DNA of 64,000 nucleotides from an uncultured Collinsella sp. (GCA_958403385.1 CATXXC010000003.1:51269-115268), one strand, 5' to 3'. Positions 46,114 through 55,950 are shown, counted from the first letter of the stretch. Translations and numbers: made by a program. The notes: generated by a model not told the origin, from the sequence alone.

Positions 46114-47550
46114 ATGCGCAAAGTCCCGACCAATAACCAGCACCTGTTCTACCAACCGAAGGACGTGTGGGTGGGAGACGTCATGCCCTTCGGCAAGGAC
46201 GGCACGTTCTATCTATACCACCAGCGTGACACGCGCGACCCCGCTCCGCTTGCCGAAGGACAGCCCTTTGGGTGGTCGCTCGCGACCACCCAGGACTTCG
46301 TGACGTACCAGGAACACGGAACGGCGATCCCCCACGGCGGAGAAGACGACCAAGACCAGTTCATCTACGCCGGAACCGTTTACGAGGCAAAAGGGGAGGT
46401 ACGCGCTTTCTATACCGGGTTCAACCGCAACTACCTGCGAGAAGGCAAAACGTCCCAGGTGCTCATGCAGGCGAAGGCCTGCTCGGATGATTATGCGACG
46501 TGGAAAAAGACGGGCGTTGCAGTAGAGCTCACGCCTCAGCCAGGATACGATGGGCGCAACTGGCGCGACCCTTTCGTAATATGGGATGACGACCGGAAGG
46601 AATACCTCCTCGTACTGGGCACGCGTAAGGGAGACGACCCCTCCAAAACCCTCCAAACTGGCAGGCTCGTTCACTTTACGTCGAAGGACCTCGAGCACTG
46701 GCAGTTCAAGGGCGACTTCTGGGCCCCCGGCCTCTACACCATGTTCGAAATGCCAGACATTTTTAAAATTGGCGATTGGTGGTACCTGGTCTACTCTGAG
46801 TACAGCGACGAGAACAAGATCGTCTACCGCATGAGCCGCGATCTCTACGGTCCGTGGGAGAAGCCGAGAGATGACGCCTTCGACGGGAGGGCGTATTACG
46901 CCGGACGGACCGCCTTCGACGGATCGCGCAGGATTCTGTCCGGCTGGGTCCCCACGCGCGAGAACGACGATGACCGGGCCAACTGGCTTTGGGGTGGCTC
47001 GTTTATGCCCCATGAGGTGTACCAGCGCCCCAATGGCACCCTCGGCGTTCGCCCTCCCCAAAGCATAAAGGATGCGTTCGAGTGCCCTGATGCCGTCCCG
47101 GATATCGAGCTTCGCGGAGACCACGAACGAACGGAGTGCGTAATCACCGAAAACGCAGGCGAGATCTTCTGCTTCGAGGCAGACGTGACGTTCAGGGACG
47201 CTTGCGACTTCTCAATTCGAGCCTACAAGAATCTCGAGACCGACGAGTCGTACGAATACCGCTTCGACCTCGACGCGAATCGGCTCTCGTTCGACAAGAG
47301 CCCCTGTTACAAGTGGTTCCGCGTAATGGATAAGGGGCTTTGGAGGCCAGTCTGGCTCGAGTCCGGGCGTTCTTACCACCTGCAGCTCATCGTTGACGAC
47401 AACATCCTCGTCCTCTACCTCGACGGTACCGCACTCACGACACGCGTCTGCGAGAAGTTCGGCCACTCGCTTGCTGTTACGGTAACGAATGGCGAACTCA
47501 AACTGTCCAACATAGCCTTGGCGAAGGGGCTGCGCGAACAGGAAAAGTAA
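46114..47550 (+). CDS. Glycoside hydrolase family 32 beta-fructosidase (sacC/levanase-like, cytoplasmic)
   Basis: GH32-type blocks: WVGDVMPF (nucleophile Asp region), WRDPFV (RDP motif), FEMPD (acid/base Glu), plus a C-terminal beta-sandwich. No signal peptide seen. Confidence 0.78.
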   Translation: MRKVPTNNQHLFYQPKDVWVGDVMPFGKDGTFYLYHQRDTRDPAPLAEGQPFGWSLATTQDFVTYQEHGTAIPHGGEDDQDQFIYAGTVYEAKGEVRAFYTGFNRNYLREGKTSQVLMQAKACSDDYATWKKTGVAVELTPQPGYDGRNWRDPFVIWDDDRKEYLLVLGTRKGDDPSKTLQTGRLVHFTSKDLEHWQFKGDFWAPGLYTMFEMPDIFKIGDWWYLVYSEYSDENKIVYRMSRDLYGPWEKPRDDAFDGRAYYAGRTAFDGSRRILSGWVPTRENDDDRANWLWGGSFMPHEVYQRPNGTLGVRPPQSIKDAFECPDAVPDIELRGDHERTECVITENAGEIFCFEADVTFRDACDFSIRAYKNLETDESYEYRFDLDANRLSFDKSPCYKWFRVMDKGLWRPVWLESGRSYHLQLIVDDNILVLYLDGTALTTRVCEKFGHSLAVTVTNGELKLSNIALAKGLREQEK

Positions 47551-47895
47551 GCCAGTGAACCTCGTCGCCACAGCGACTCCCCCAGCAAAACACGCGAACA
47601 ACGGGTCCGGCCGCATTCCGGCGACCGGACTCGTCCTGTGCCCTGATGGCACATGGCCCCGGGCTGCCGACAGCGAGGCGGCCTTAGGGGCCTCGCCTAC
47701 AGATTCCTGAGTGCGTCGACGAGGGAGACCTTGCCCGCGGTGACCTCGTCGGCCTGCTTGATGACCTTTGCGGGCACGACGGCCACCACAGCGCCGGCGG
47801 CAGAGTCGATTCGAGCGATGTGGTCAGAGACGGAGCGAACGGCGAGCCGCTTGCCGACAGGGAGGCAGTCAAAGGTGGCAAAGCGCACTCCTACG

Positions 47896-48120
47896 GTTGG
47901 GATACGCCCGTGAGGCGCTCGGCGGACAGCGCTGTTGCCGCTCGCTGTGTCGAGCGCAGGTGTCGAGAAGTCGCCATATGCCACTACAGATGTATCATGG
48001 AGTGCCGAAGTTCACGTGCCCGTGACAAAACGCGGGCGCCAACCCGTCCCGAGCACCACCCCGCCCGTAAGGTGTGGGACGAAAGGAGGACCAGCCGCAT
48101 GAACATCCCCGAGACACAGA
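47896..48120 (+). repeat. Direct repeat A, copy 2
   Basis: See 43058-43283. Confidence 0.85.
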
Positions 48121-50852
48121 AAGACCTGCTTGCCTACCTCGATCGCATCACGCGCGAGCTTGGCAGCACGCGGGGCGGGCGCATCCAGAACCGTCTCGAC
48201 CACTTCACCACGGCATCTATAACCGACTCGCTCGCCATCTCGCGCAGCCTGGCAAGTCAGTATCTCAACGAGCTCGTGCGCGCTGGCCTCGTGGTGAAAG
48301 CAGGGGCACGACCGGTGTGCTACTTCCACCGCCGCTCCCTCGAACGCTTCTTCCAGTCTCGCATTGAGCGTAGCACCTACCCTTCGGTCGAGCAGCTCTT
48401 CGCCACGCTCGGAAACGGCGAGCGACTCGACTTCGACCGCGCAATCGGTCACGAGCTGAGCCTTGCGCCCTGCATCAGCCAGCTCTGCGCCGCGCTCAAG
48501 TACCCGCCAGCTGGCCTGCCCATCCTGCTCTGTGGCGCCTCGGGAACCGGCAAGGGTCTACTCGCCGAACTTGCCCTCGAATACGGCAAGAACGTCGGCG
48601 TCCTGCAGCAGGAAGCCAAGCTTGTGAGCATCGACTGCTCGCATTACGCAGACGATGCCCGCGCGCTCACTCACGACCTGTGCGCAGATGGCGGGCCTGC
48701 AGATCGGGCGAGCGGCGGCATCGTTTATCTCAAGGACGTCGACGCCCTCTCACCCGCTGCCCAGGACGCGCTCTTGGAGTGGGCCTCCGCACAGGCGGGC
48801 GCCATTGTGCCAGCCCCTGCTGTGCGCCTTATCTTTGCCACCTCAAACGAGGCAGACAGTACCGAGTGCCGCAGCCTCACGCGTCGCATCCCCATGTCCG
48901 CCCAGGTGCCGTCTCTGCGCGAGCGCACCCAGGAGGAGCGTGAGGAACTGACTCTCCACTTCCTCAAGGAGGAGGGCCGACGCATAGGACGCGACATCCT
49001 CATAAGTCGCGGAGCCTTCCGAGCCCTCGCCGGCACCAACTTCGAGGAGAACGTACGCGGCCTGCGCGACTGCATCACCAACTGTTGCGCCGAGGCCTAT
49101 CTAGACACGAAGGGTGACAGCCTGGAGATTCGCACCTACCAGCTTCCCTCCGCAATCCTTGCCGGCTCCGCACTCGAGCGCAGCGAGAACGACATGCAGC
49201 TCATCGACACCACCCGGAGCATCCAAAGCCAGGCGGACGACCGCGCACGGCATGTACTCGACGCCATGCTGGAGCCATACGAGAGCTATCGCGAAGGCAC
49301 GCTTGATGGGGGCGCGTGCAGCGCTCAGCTGGTGGAGCGAGCCCGCGACCTCGAGGACTACCTGGCGTTCGGGCAAAACCCGGGCCGCTCGAAGTCCGAC
49401 GCATACGAGCAGATCGCCGACAGCGTCGTCACTTCCGTGAACGAACTCTACTCGATCGATTTGTCCCGAAAGAGCTCGCATCTAATCGCCCAGGGCATCT
49501 GCCTCCAGCTGTGGCCGCCCGCAAGCCTCTCGCGTTGGAAGAGCTCCCATGCAAGCGAGCTTTCCGGCATGCGCGGCGTCGTGGCCCAGCGCAACCGCTT
49601 TGCCGTTACTGTCTGCGCCTGCATCGCTGATGAACTCAAGGCCACGCTCGGCATCGCACTCGACGATCTCACGTGTCTGCTCGTCCTTGCGCATGCGGCA
49701 CTCGCACTCGACCCGTCTAAGCGTCGTCGGAGCGTCGGTATCGTCCTCAGTCATGGCTACTCGACCGCCACGAGCATCGCCGACGCCGCCAATCGGATTC
49801 TTGACACGAGGGTCTTCGAGGCCATCGACATGCCCTACGACCAGAAGGTTACGGACGTCGCTGTTCCTCTTCAGCAAATCATCGACCGCTTCTCCTACGC
49901 AGACGAGGTCGTCATCCTCGTGGACATGGGATCGCTCCAGGATATTTATAAGAGTCTGGAATCCACCTCCGGCATGACGCTCGGCATCATAAACAACGCC
50001 TCTACCGGCCTTGCGGTGGAGGTTGGCGCCGGACTTATCGCGGGTCGCTCCGTGCGAGAGGTTCTCGACGATGTTGCGGCAGCTTGCACCTGTAATTATC
50101 ACATCGTGGCGCGCAACGCCCGACCGGACGCGATTGTCTTCTGCTCCGAAGGCGGACTTGACGCAGCTGCGCGGATCCGCGATCTCGTGGCGCAGAGCCT
50201 GCCTGGCGAGTCCCCCGCGCGGCTTGTCGCCGTTGACTGGCGGCAGCTCGCCAATAACGGATCTGAGGATGCCGCCTTCTCCCAGTACAACGTGCGCTCG
50301 GTCATCGGCACGGACAATCCGCACGCCGACGGAGTCCCGTTCATTTCGCTCGAGGAACTCATCGCCGGCGAAGGAACGGCCCAGATAGACCGCGCCTTCG
50401 CACGCTTGCTCGACGCTGACAGCTTGCGCACGTTCCACCAGAATCTCGTCAAGAACATGACCCTCAGGAACGTGGTCGAGTCCATCACAATCCTTAACCC
50501 CAACAAGCTCTTCGGCGAAATCGAGAGTGCCGCAGAGCGGCTCCAGCAGCTCACCGGAGACGTGATTGGCGCTCGTGTGAGCATGGGGCTCTACGTGCAC
50601 CTGTGTTGTCTCGTGGAGCGCCTCGTGACCAGAAGCCCCATCGAGAACTACGCAGACGAGCAGCGCTTCGCCAATGAACACAACGATTTCGTCGAGGCAT
50701 TCCGCACGAGCTTCTCTGACATTTCCGCCCATTACCACGTGGAGGTCCCCGTCGCGGAGATCGCCTACGCATACGACTACATCAATTCCCGGCATGCCCC
50801 GCGCAGGCAGGCCACGCCGAACGATGGGCCCGCGGCTCAGCAGGACGAGTGA
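48099..50852 (+). CDS. LevR-like PTS regulator: wHTH + AAA+ (EBP-like, GAFTGA loop missing) + PRD + EIIA(Man)-like + PRD
   Basis: Walker A LLCGASGTGKGLLAE, Walker B GGIVYLKDVD, and EBP blocks VPSLRERTQEEREELTLHFL and ENVRGLRDCI. EIIA-Man-like segment SVGIVLSHGYSTATSIADAAN. ATG 48099 has a GAAAGGAGGA RBS; the track ORF start at 47820 is an upstream extension. Confidence 0.82.
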   Translation: MNIPETQKDLLAYLDRITRELGSTRGGRIQNRLDHFTTASITDSLAISRSLASQYLNELVRAGLVVKAGARPVCYFHRRSLERFFQSRIERSTYPSVEQLFATLGNGERLDFDRAIGHELSLAPCISQLCAALKYPPAGLPILLCGASGTGKGLLAELALEYGKNVGVLQQEAKLVSIDCSHYADDARALTHDLCADGGPADRASGGIVYLKDVDALSPAAQDALLEWASAQAGAIVPAPAVRLIFATSNEADSTECRSLTRRIPMSAQVPSLRERTQEEREELTLHFLKEEGRRIGRDILISRGAFRALAGTNFEENVRGLRDCITNCCAEAYLDTKGDSLEIRTYQLPSAILAGSALERSENDMQLIDTTRSIQSQADDRARHVLDAMLEPYESYREGTLDGGACSAQLVERARDLEDYLAFGQNPGRSKSDAYEQIADSVVTSVNELYSIDLSRKSSHLIAQGICLQLWPPASLSRWKSSHASELSGMRGVVAQRNRFAVTVCACIADELKATLGIALDDLTCLLVLAHAALALDPSKRRRSVGIVLSHGYSTATSIADAANRILDTRVFEAIDMPYDQKVTDVAVPLQQIIDRFSYADEVVILVDMGSLQDIYKSLESTSGMTLGIINNASTGLAVEVGAGLIAGRSVREVLDDVAAACTCNYHIVARNARPDAIVFCSEGGLDAAARIRDLVAQSLPGESPARLVAVDWRQLANNGSEDAAFSQYNVRSVIGTDNPHADGVPFISLEELIAGEGTAQIDRAFARLLDADSLRTFHQNLVKNMTLRNVVESITILNPNKLFGEIESAAERLQQLTGDVIGARVSMGLYVHLCCLVERLVTRSPIENYADEQRFANEHNDFVEAFRTSFSDISAHYHVEVPVAEIAYAYDYINSRHAPRRQATPNDGPAAQQDE

Positions 50853-50900
50853 CGCGCCTCGCAAGCAAAGGAAGGAAGCCAACATCACACGAGCATCATC
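50701..50900 (+). repeat. Direct repeat B, copy 2 (includes a dead EIIB start: ACG AGC ATC ATC G)
   Basis: See 43301-43528. Confidence 0.9.
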
Positions 50901-51106
50901 GATCGCTGCGTGCAAGGCGGCGGGCCTCACCGTGTTCGCCAAGCGCGAGGAGCGTTTTGGTTTTTCGCAAGCAAATGCGGACGAAATCAGCGACCAGATT
51001 CCCGATACGCTCAAACATGCAGGGCCCCTATGTGTTTAACCTCATTTTTCCGTGTGCGGTAGAATGGAGTCGTTGAGATCGCGAACGCCTTAAAGGGAGA
51101 GTTTTT

Positions 51107-51841
51107 GTGGATGCGCATCTGGATGGGGGCTCTTCCGCCCCGCTGTATCAACAGGTGCTCGATTTGCTTAAGAGCGATATCGAACAGGGGACATATCCCG
51201 TTGACTCGCAGATTCCAACGGAACTTGAGCTTTCTAAGATGTACGGCGTGGGAAGGGTCACGGTTCGCCGCGCAATAGAGGAGCTTGTGGGCGAGGGGTA
51301 TCTCACCAAGCGGCAGGGGCGTGGTACGTTTGTGACCGCGACAAAGATAATTCGCAAGGTGCATCAGAAGGACGATGTTCAGAGTTTTACCCAAGCATGC
51401 GCTGAAAACGGCATGAAGGCGGGCGCTCGCGTCGTTGCCCGCAAGACCGTTGCCGCCGATCGCGACCTCGCTTCTTTCTTTGGCTTGGATGAAGGCTCTG
51501 ACCTCATCTTGGTCTCACGCGTGCGTACCGCAGACGGCGTGCCGGTCCTGTTCGAGAACAACTACTATCCTGTCGATGGATTCGAATTTCTCAAAGATAT
51601 CGGTCTCTCCAATTGTTCGATATTCGAGGCCGTGGGGGAGCGTACGGGTAGGTATCCCTGCTCGTCCGATCCCTGCAGGCTGGAGATCGCCCGTGCGGGA
51701 ATTGATGCCGCCCGCGAGCTCAAGGTCCCAGTAGGGGAGCCGCTGTTCTTCATGAACGCGGGCTTTCTCGATTCCAACGGAGAGCGCTTCTGCTATGGCA
51801 GACAGTACTACGTGGGTTCGCGCTACAGCTTCGATATCTAG
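51107..51841 (+). CDS. GntR-family (HutC/UTRA subfamily) regulator, FrlR/FraR-like
   Basis: wHTH LYQQVLDLLKSDIEQGTYPVDSQIPTELELSKMYGVGRVTVRRAIEELVGEGYLTKRQGRGTFV, plus a UTRA-type C-domain. Confidence 0.88.
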   Translation: MDAHLDGGSSAPLYQQVLDLLKSDIEQGTYPVDSQIPTELELSKMYGVGRVTVRRAIEELVGEGYLTKRQGRGTFVTATKIIRKVHQKDDVQSFTQACAENGMKAGARVVARKTVAADRDLASFFGLDEGSDLILVSRVRTADGVPVLFENNYYPVDGFEFLKDIGLSNCSIFEAVGERTGRYPCSSDPCRLEIARAGIDAARELKVPVGEPLFFMNAGFLDSNGERFCYGRQYYVGSRYSFDI

Positions 51842-51913
51842 CGGCTCTGTCTCACACAGCGCTGTTCTCGTATTGCCGCGGCAGGTCCGTTTAGCGCGTA
51901 AAAGTTACCACTT

Positions 51914-51984
51914 ATAGAACAACCTAATATGTTTCTTGACCGACGCCTTCATGCAGGTTATACATAGAACAACCTAAGATGTTT
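51914..51984. promoter_or_regulatory. Two 21-nt direct repeats (ATAGAACAACCTAA[T/G]ATGTTT), 50 bp apart, upstream of the transporter gene
   Basis: 51914-51934 and 51964-51984 differ at one position. They lie in the AT-richer promoter region between the GntR gene and the YfcC-like gene. Confidence 0.6.
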
Positions 51985-52038
51985 GCCTATACGTGAAGGA
52001 TTTTTGGCAAGCATCGTTGCTCTGGCAGGAGGTTAAGA

Positions 52039-53502
52039 ATGCCGGATGCCAAACAGGAGAAGCCCAAGCGCAGATTCCATCTCCAGCTTCCCCATGTGTA
52101 CACCATCGCGTTCATGCTGATCGTGTTCTTCGCGGTGCTCACATGGATCGTCCCATCGGGTCAGTTCGACCGCCAGACCATTCAGACGGCCGCGGGCGAG
52201 CGAGAAGTCGCCGTAGCCGGAACGTACCAAGAGGTCGACAAGGTCTACACCGATTCGGAGACGGGGGAGACCGTCGATCTGCGACAGGGCATCGATGCCG
52301 TCCTGCAGGCTCCCGCCAAGGGCATTCAGGCTGCGGCCGATGTCGTCGCGTTCGTCCTGCTGATCGGCGGATCGTTCGCCATCGTCACCAAGACCAACGC
52401 CCTAAACGCCGGCATGAGCCGCGTGATCAAGAAGCTGAAGAACAAGGACATCTTGATCATCCCCATCTCCATGATCCTGCTCTCGATCTGCGGCACCACG
52501 TTCGGCATGTCCGAGGAGGCGCTGCCGTTCTACGCGATCTTCATCCCCATCATGCTGAGCATCGGGTATGACTCCATGACCGCGTTCATCATCTGCTTCC
52601 TCGGCCCCAACCTTGGTTACTGCGCATCCACTATTGATCCTTTCAACGTGCTGATCGCCCAGGGCGTTATCGGCATCGAGGGAAATCCCCAGCTTTGGCT
52701 CCGCGCCATCCTGTGGGTCATCTTCACCGCCGCGGGCATTTTCTGGGCCATGCGCTACGCGCGCCGCGTCAAGCTCGATCCCAAGTCCTCCATCACCTAT
52801 GAGGACGATAAGCAGAAGCGCATCGAGTTCTCTGTCACCGATGCCTCTATCGAAGAGGAGTTCACGCTTCGCCACAAGCTCGTCCTCATTGATTTCGCGG
52901 TCGGCATGGGCGTTATCGTGTGGGGCCTCGTTACCCAGGGCTGGTATATGGACGAGATCTCCATGGTGTTCCTGGCCATGGGCCTTCTTGCCGGCATACT
53001 CGGCGGCCTGGACGAGAAGACCATTGCGGAGGAGTTCGTCCGCGGAATCGCCGACTTCGCCTACGCAGCCTGCATCATCGGCATCGCCCGCGGCATCCTG
53101 GTCGTCGCAGAGGGCGGAATGATCATCGACTCTATTCTTAACTGGCTCGTCGGACTCCTTGCGGGCGCTCCGTCCTTCATCTATACCACCTTCATGTACA
53201 TCGTCCTCGGCCTGCTTTCGCTGCTGGTTCCTTCCAGCTCCGGCCTCGCTGCACTCACCATGCCCGTCATGGGCCCGCTGACCGAGCTTATGGGCCTCAA
53301 TCCCGGGGCTGCCGTCACCGCTCTGCAGTTCGCGAACCAGACCGTCAACACCATCAGCCCCGTTGCGGGCATGACCGTCGCGGGTCTTGCCGTGGCGAAG
53401 ATCTCCTTCGGGCAATGGTGGAAGACCATCTGGAAGTTCTTTATCTTCATGGTTCTGTTCGGATTGGTCGCGACTGTGATCTCCGGCCTACTGCCGATGT
53501 AG
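52039..53502 (+). CDS. YfcC/DcuC-superfamily anaerobic carrier-type transporter
   Basis: MPDAKQEKPKRRFHLQLPHVYTIAFMLIVFFAVLTWIVPSGQFDRQ.. is a typical YfcC N-terminus; about 12 TM helices. Confidence 0.78.
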   Translation: MPDAKQEKPKRRFHLQLPHVYTIAFMLIVFFAVLTWIVPSGQFDRQTIQTAAGEREVAVAGTYQEVDKVYTDSETGETVDLRQGIDAVLQAPAKGIQAAADVVAFVLLIGGSFAIVTKTNALNAGMSRVIKKLKNKDILIIPISMILLSICGTTFGMSEEALPFYAIFIPIMLSIGYDSMTAFIICFLGPNLGYCASTIDPFNVLIAQGVIGIEGNPQLWLRAILWVIFTAAGIFWAMRYARRVKLDPKSSITYEDDKQKRIEFSVTDASIEEEFTLRHKLVLIDFAVGMGVIVWGLVTQGWYMDEISMVFLAMGLLAGILGGLDEKTIAEEFVRGIADFAYAACIIGIARGILVVAEGGMIIDSILNWLVGLLAGAPSFIYTTFMYIVLGLLSLLVPSSSGLAALTMPVMGPLTELMGLNPGAAVTALQFANQTVNTISPVAGMTVAGLAVAKISFGQWWKTIWKFFIFMVLFGLVATVISGLLPM

Positions 53503-53512
53503 GAGGTGCCCG

Positions 53513-55075
53513 GTGTTTGATCGTTCGCTAGTATTGCTGTCCCGCAGCATCTTTACCGGCCTTTCCGATGAACCGATCGACGGATATGTTTCGATTCGCG
53601 GTAATCGCATCGAATCCGTGGGCGCCTCTGATCGGGCTGCCGAATATACTGCGCATGCGGACGAGGTTCGCGACCTTGGCTCCAGAACCGTCATGGCAGG
53701 CCTTGTCGACGTGCACACGTTCTTTACCGGCTGGGTGCTCCGTCGCATCGGCGCCGATCTTATCGATGCGACCTCGGCAGATGATGTTTTCACCGCGATG
53801 TCGAATTGGAAGGAGGAGCGGCCCCAGGCCCCTATGGCGTTGGGCATGAACCTTCCGGAGACCCTTATGGGTGACGACTTGGTTGATATGTTGGACGAGA
53901 AGTTCTCATCCACGCCTGCCGTCGCCTTTACTGCCGGCGCGGAGACCTGCGTGCTCAACTCCGCCGCATCTGCGCGCTATGGTTTTACGCCCGAGGCTTG
54001 CTATGCCGAGATGATTTGGCACCTTATGCGCGATTATCTACCTCTTCAGGAAGTCCGCGATGCGTATGGCGACTACATGACCATGCTTAACTCCCGTGGC
54101 GTCACCGCCATCAAGGAGATGTGCTTTGACGATTATTACGGATTTGCGGACGAGATGTATCGCCGCGAGCAGGAAGGCGAACTTACGGTTAGGGTCGACA
54201 TGATGAGCCAGCCCGTCGGGCATGGAGCCGACCTTGATTACGCCTGCTCGGCGCGCGACCGCTTCCAAGGAGACTTCGTCAGGTTCTCCGGCTTCAATCG
54301 CATGACCGATCGCGGCGTGTGGTGCGGCCTGGCCGAGATGATCGATCCCTACGAGGAGGGGGCCGATGCGGGTGCCGGCGGAAAGACCGTGGTCGAGGAG
54401 CCCGAATGGGACCTCATCTCTCGCGAGCTGTCCGAGATCGATGCCCAGGGATTCCGCTACTCCCTGCATTGCCAGGGGGATGGGGCCGTTCGCAAGACGA
54501 TCGACCTGTATGAGCGGCTACCGCGTGATGAGTCGGGAAGGCTCGCTCGCAGGCATTCGATTACGGACCTTGAGAACTCCGATCCAGCTGACCTGGCGCG
54601 CATGGGCGCCATCGGCGGTATCTGCGAGGTCTATCCCCAGATCCTTACTCTTGATAAGCGCGAGGATTGCCTTTCGACCATGCGTCGCCAGATAGGAGAG
54701 AAGAGGCTCTCCCGCAGCTGGAACCGTCGCGCCATGGTGGATGGCGGATGTGTGCTGTGCTGCGGAACCGATCTTCCCCTCCTTATCCCGCATCTAGGAG
54801 ATTCGATCTACAGCGCCTGCGGAGGGTACTTCGCCGACGGTTTGGACGTCAACCCGCAGAATACCGTTAGCGTTGCCGAGCTGCTGCGGGCATGGACTGC
54901 CGGGGGTTCCTACGATCTGGTTCGCGAGAACGATTTCGGCACCCTCGAGGCGGGCAAGCTCGCGGACATCTGCGTTTTGGACCGCGATATGTTTGCGGTG
55001 GACCCCAAAGATGCCAGAGACATCCAGGTCTCGCTCACGCTGAGCGATGGTCGGGTCGTGTACGAAGATTGCTAG
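53513..55075 (+). CDS. Metal-dependent amidohydrolase (Amidohydro_3 / YtcJ-like)
   Basis: GTG start after AGGAGG. Motifs ..GLVDVHTFF.., SLHCQGDGAV, ITDLEN, GTDLP, and a C-terminal DRDMF...V...DGRVVYE pattern. Confidence 0.75.
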   Translation: MFDRSLVLLSRSIFTGLSDEPIDGYVSIRGNRIESVGASDRAAEYTAHADEVRDLGSRTVMAGLVDVHTFFTGWVLRRIGADLIDATSADDVFTAMSNWKEERPQAPMALGMNLPETLMGDDLVDMLDEKFSSTPAVAFTAGAETCVLNSAASARYGFTPEACYAEMIWHLMRDYLPLQEVRDAYGDYMTMLNSRGVTAIKEMCFDDYYGFADEMYRREQEGELTVRVDMMSQPVGHGADLDYACSARDRFQGDFVRFSGFNRMTDRGVWCGLAEMIDPYEEGADAGAGGKTVVEEPEWDLISRELSEIDAQGFRYSLHCQGDGAVRKTIDLYERLPRDESGRLARRHSITDLENSDPADLARMGAIGGICEVYPQILTLDKREDCLSTMRRQIGEKRLSRSWNRRAMVDGGCVLCCGTDLPLLIPHLGDSIYSACGGYFADGLDVNPQNTVSVAELLRAWTAGGSYDLVRENDFGTLEAGKLADICVLDRDMFAVDPKDARDIQVSLTLSDGRVVYEDC

Positions 55076-55083
55076 GAGAGGAG

Positions 55084-55950
55084 ATGCCCAGCATGGATTT
55101 AAACGCTTCCGCGCCCCGCCTGCGTCGCGAGCAGGTCGCCGGCATGAACATTCACTACATCATGTGGTCGCTCGATTATTTCCTTGATGTTCAGCAGCGC
55201 CTTGGCTTCAAAACCATCGAGCTTTGGGCGGCCGAGCCGCACGTGACGCTGGACCACACGGGGTATTTCGAGGCCGACAAGCTTCGCCGCAAGATCGAGT
55301 CCCGCGGACTCTCCGGGAGCTCCCTGTGCCCGGAGAACGTGGTGTATCCGTGGCAGTACGCTGCCAGAAAGCCCCTCCACGCGCAGCGGAGCCTCGCTTA
55401 CTTCAAGCACGGCATCGAGCTCGCCGAGGTGCTCGGCGCCCCGTATATGTCCATCAACTCCGGTTGGGGCGATTGGGACGAGGACCGCGAGGAAGCTTGG
55501 AAGCGCTCTGCCGAGCACTTGGCGATTCTTGCGGACTATGCCGGCGAGCACGGCGTGACCCTCTGCATGGAGAGCCTGAGGCCGGAAGAGAGCAACTTGG
55601 TGGTTACACTCGCGGATGCCAGGCGCATGCTTGACCAAGTAGCCAACCCGCACCTTACTCCAATGGTGGACACTACTGCTATGGGAGTCGCCGGCGAGAG
55701 CCTTGAAGAGTGGTTTGCCGAGTTTGGCGATGGTGCCATAAGGAACATGCACTTCATTGATGGCGACCCATACGGCCATCTGGTTTGGGGCGATGGAAAG
55801 CACAGCATGGACGATTTCGTGCGTGTCCTCAACGCGCATGGGTTCGAGGGCTATCTTGGCCAGGAGATCACCGATGGAAGGTATTTCGATGATCCCGCAG
55901 CAGCGGACCGGCGCAACATGGACGCCTTCGAGAGGTATTTTGTCGACTAG
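55084..55950 (+). CDS. Xylose-isomerase-like TIM-barrel sugar isomerase/epimerase (FrlC-like)
   Basis: AP-endonuclease-2/xylose-isomerase-like TIM pattern (FKTIELWA.., LCMESL.., MVDTTAM, NMHFIDGDPYGHLVWGDG). Start at ATG 55084. Confidence 0.72.
   Translation: MPSMDLNASAPRLRREQVAGMNIHYIMWSLDYFLDVQQRLGFKTIELWAAEPHVTLDHTGYFEADKLRRKIESRGLSGSSLCPENVVYPWQYAARKPLHAQRSLAYFKHGIELAEVLGAPYMSINSGWGDWDEDREEAWKRSAEHLAILADYAGEHGVTLCMESLRPEESNLVVTLADARRMLDQVANPHLTPMVDTTAMGVAGESLEEWFAEFGDGAIRNMHFIDGDPYGHLVWGDGKHSMDDFVRVLNAHGFEGYLGQEITDGRYFDDPAAADRRNMDAFERYFVD

Noticed and set aside
50849-51076. ORFs following the intact regulator (50674-51039 and 50849-51076) as possible small genes
   Set aside because: They start inside repeat B or the regulator 3' end and run through the dead EIIB stub. 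There is no RBS or recognisable domain. This is likely non-coding DNA left by a deletion.
41292-51100. Classical tRNA-integrated genomic island with integrase and att repeats downstream of tRNA-Arg
   Set aside because: No integrase or recombinase gene and no repeat of the tRNA 3' end could be found by eye. Only the weaker statement (decay and rearrangement hotspot) is kept as a finding.
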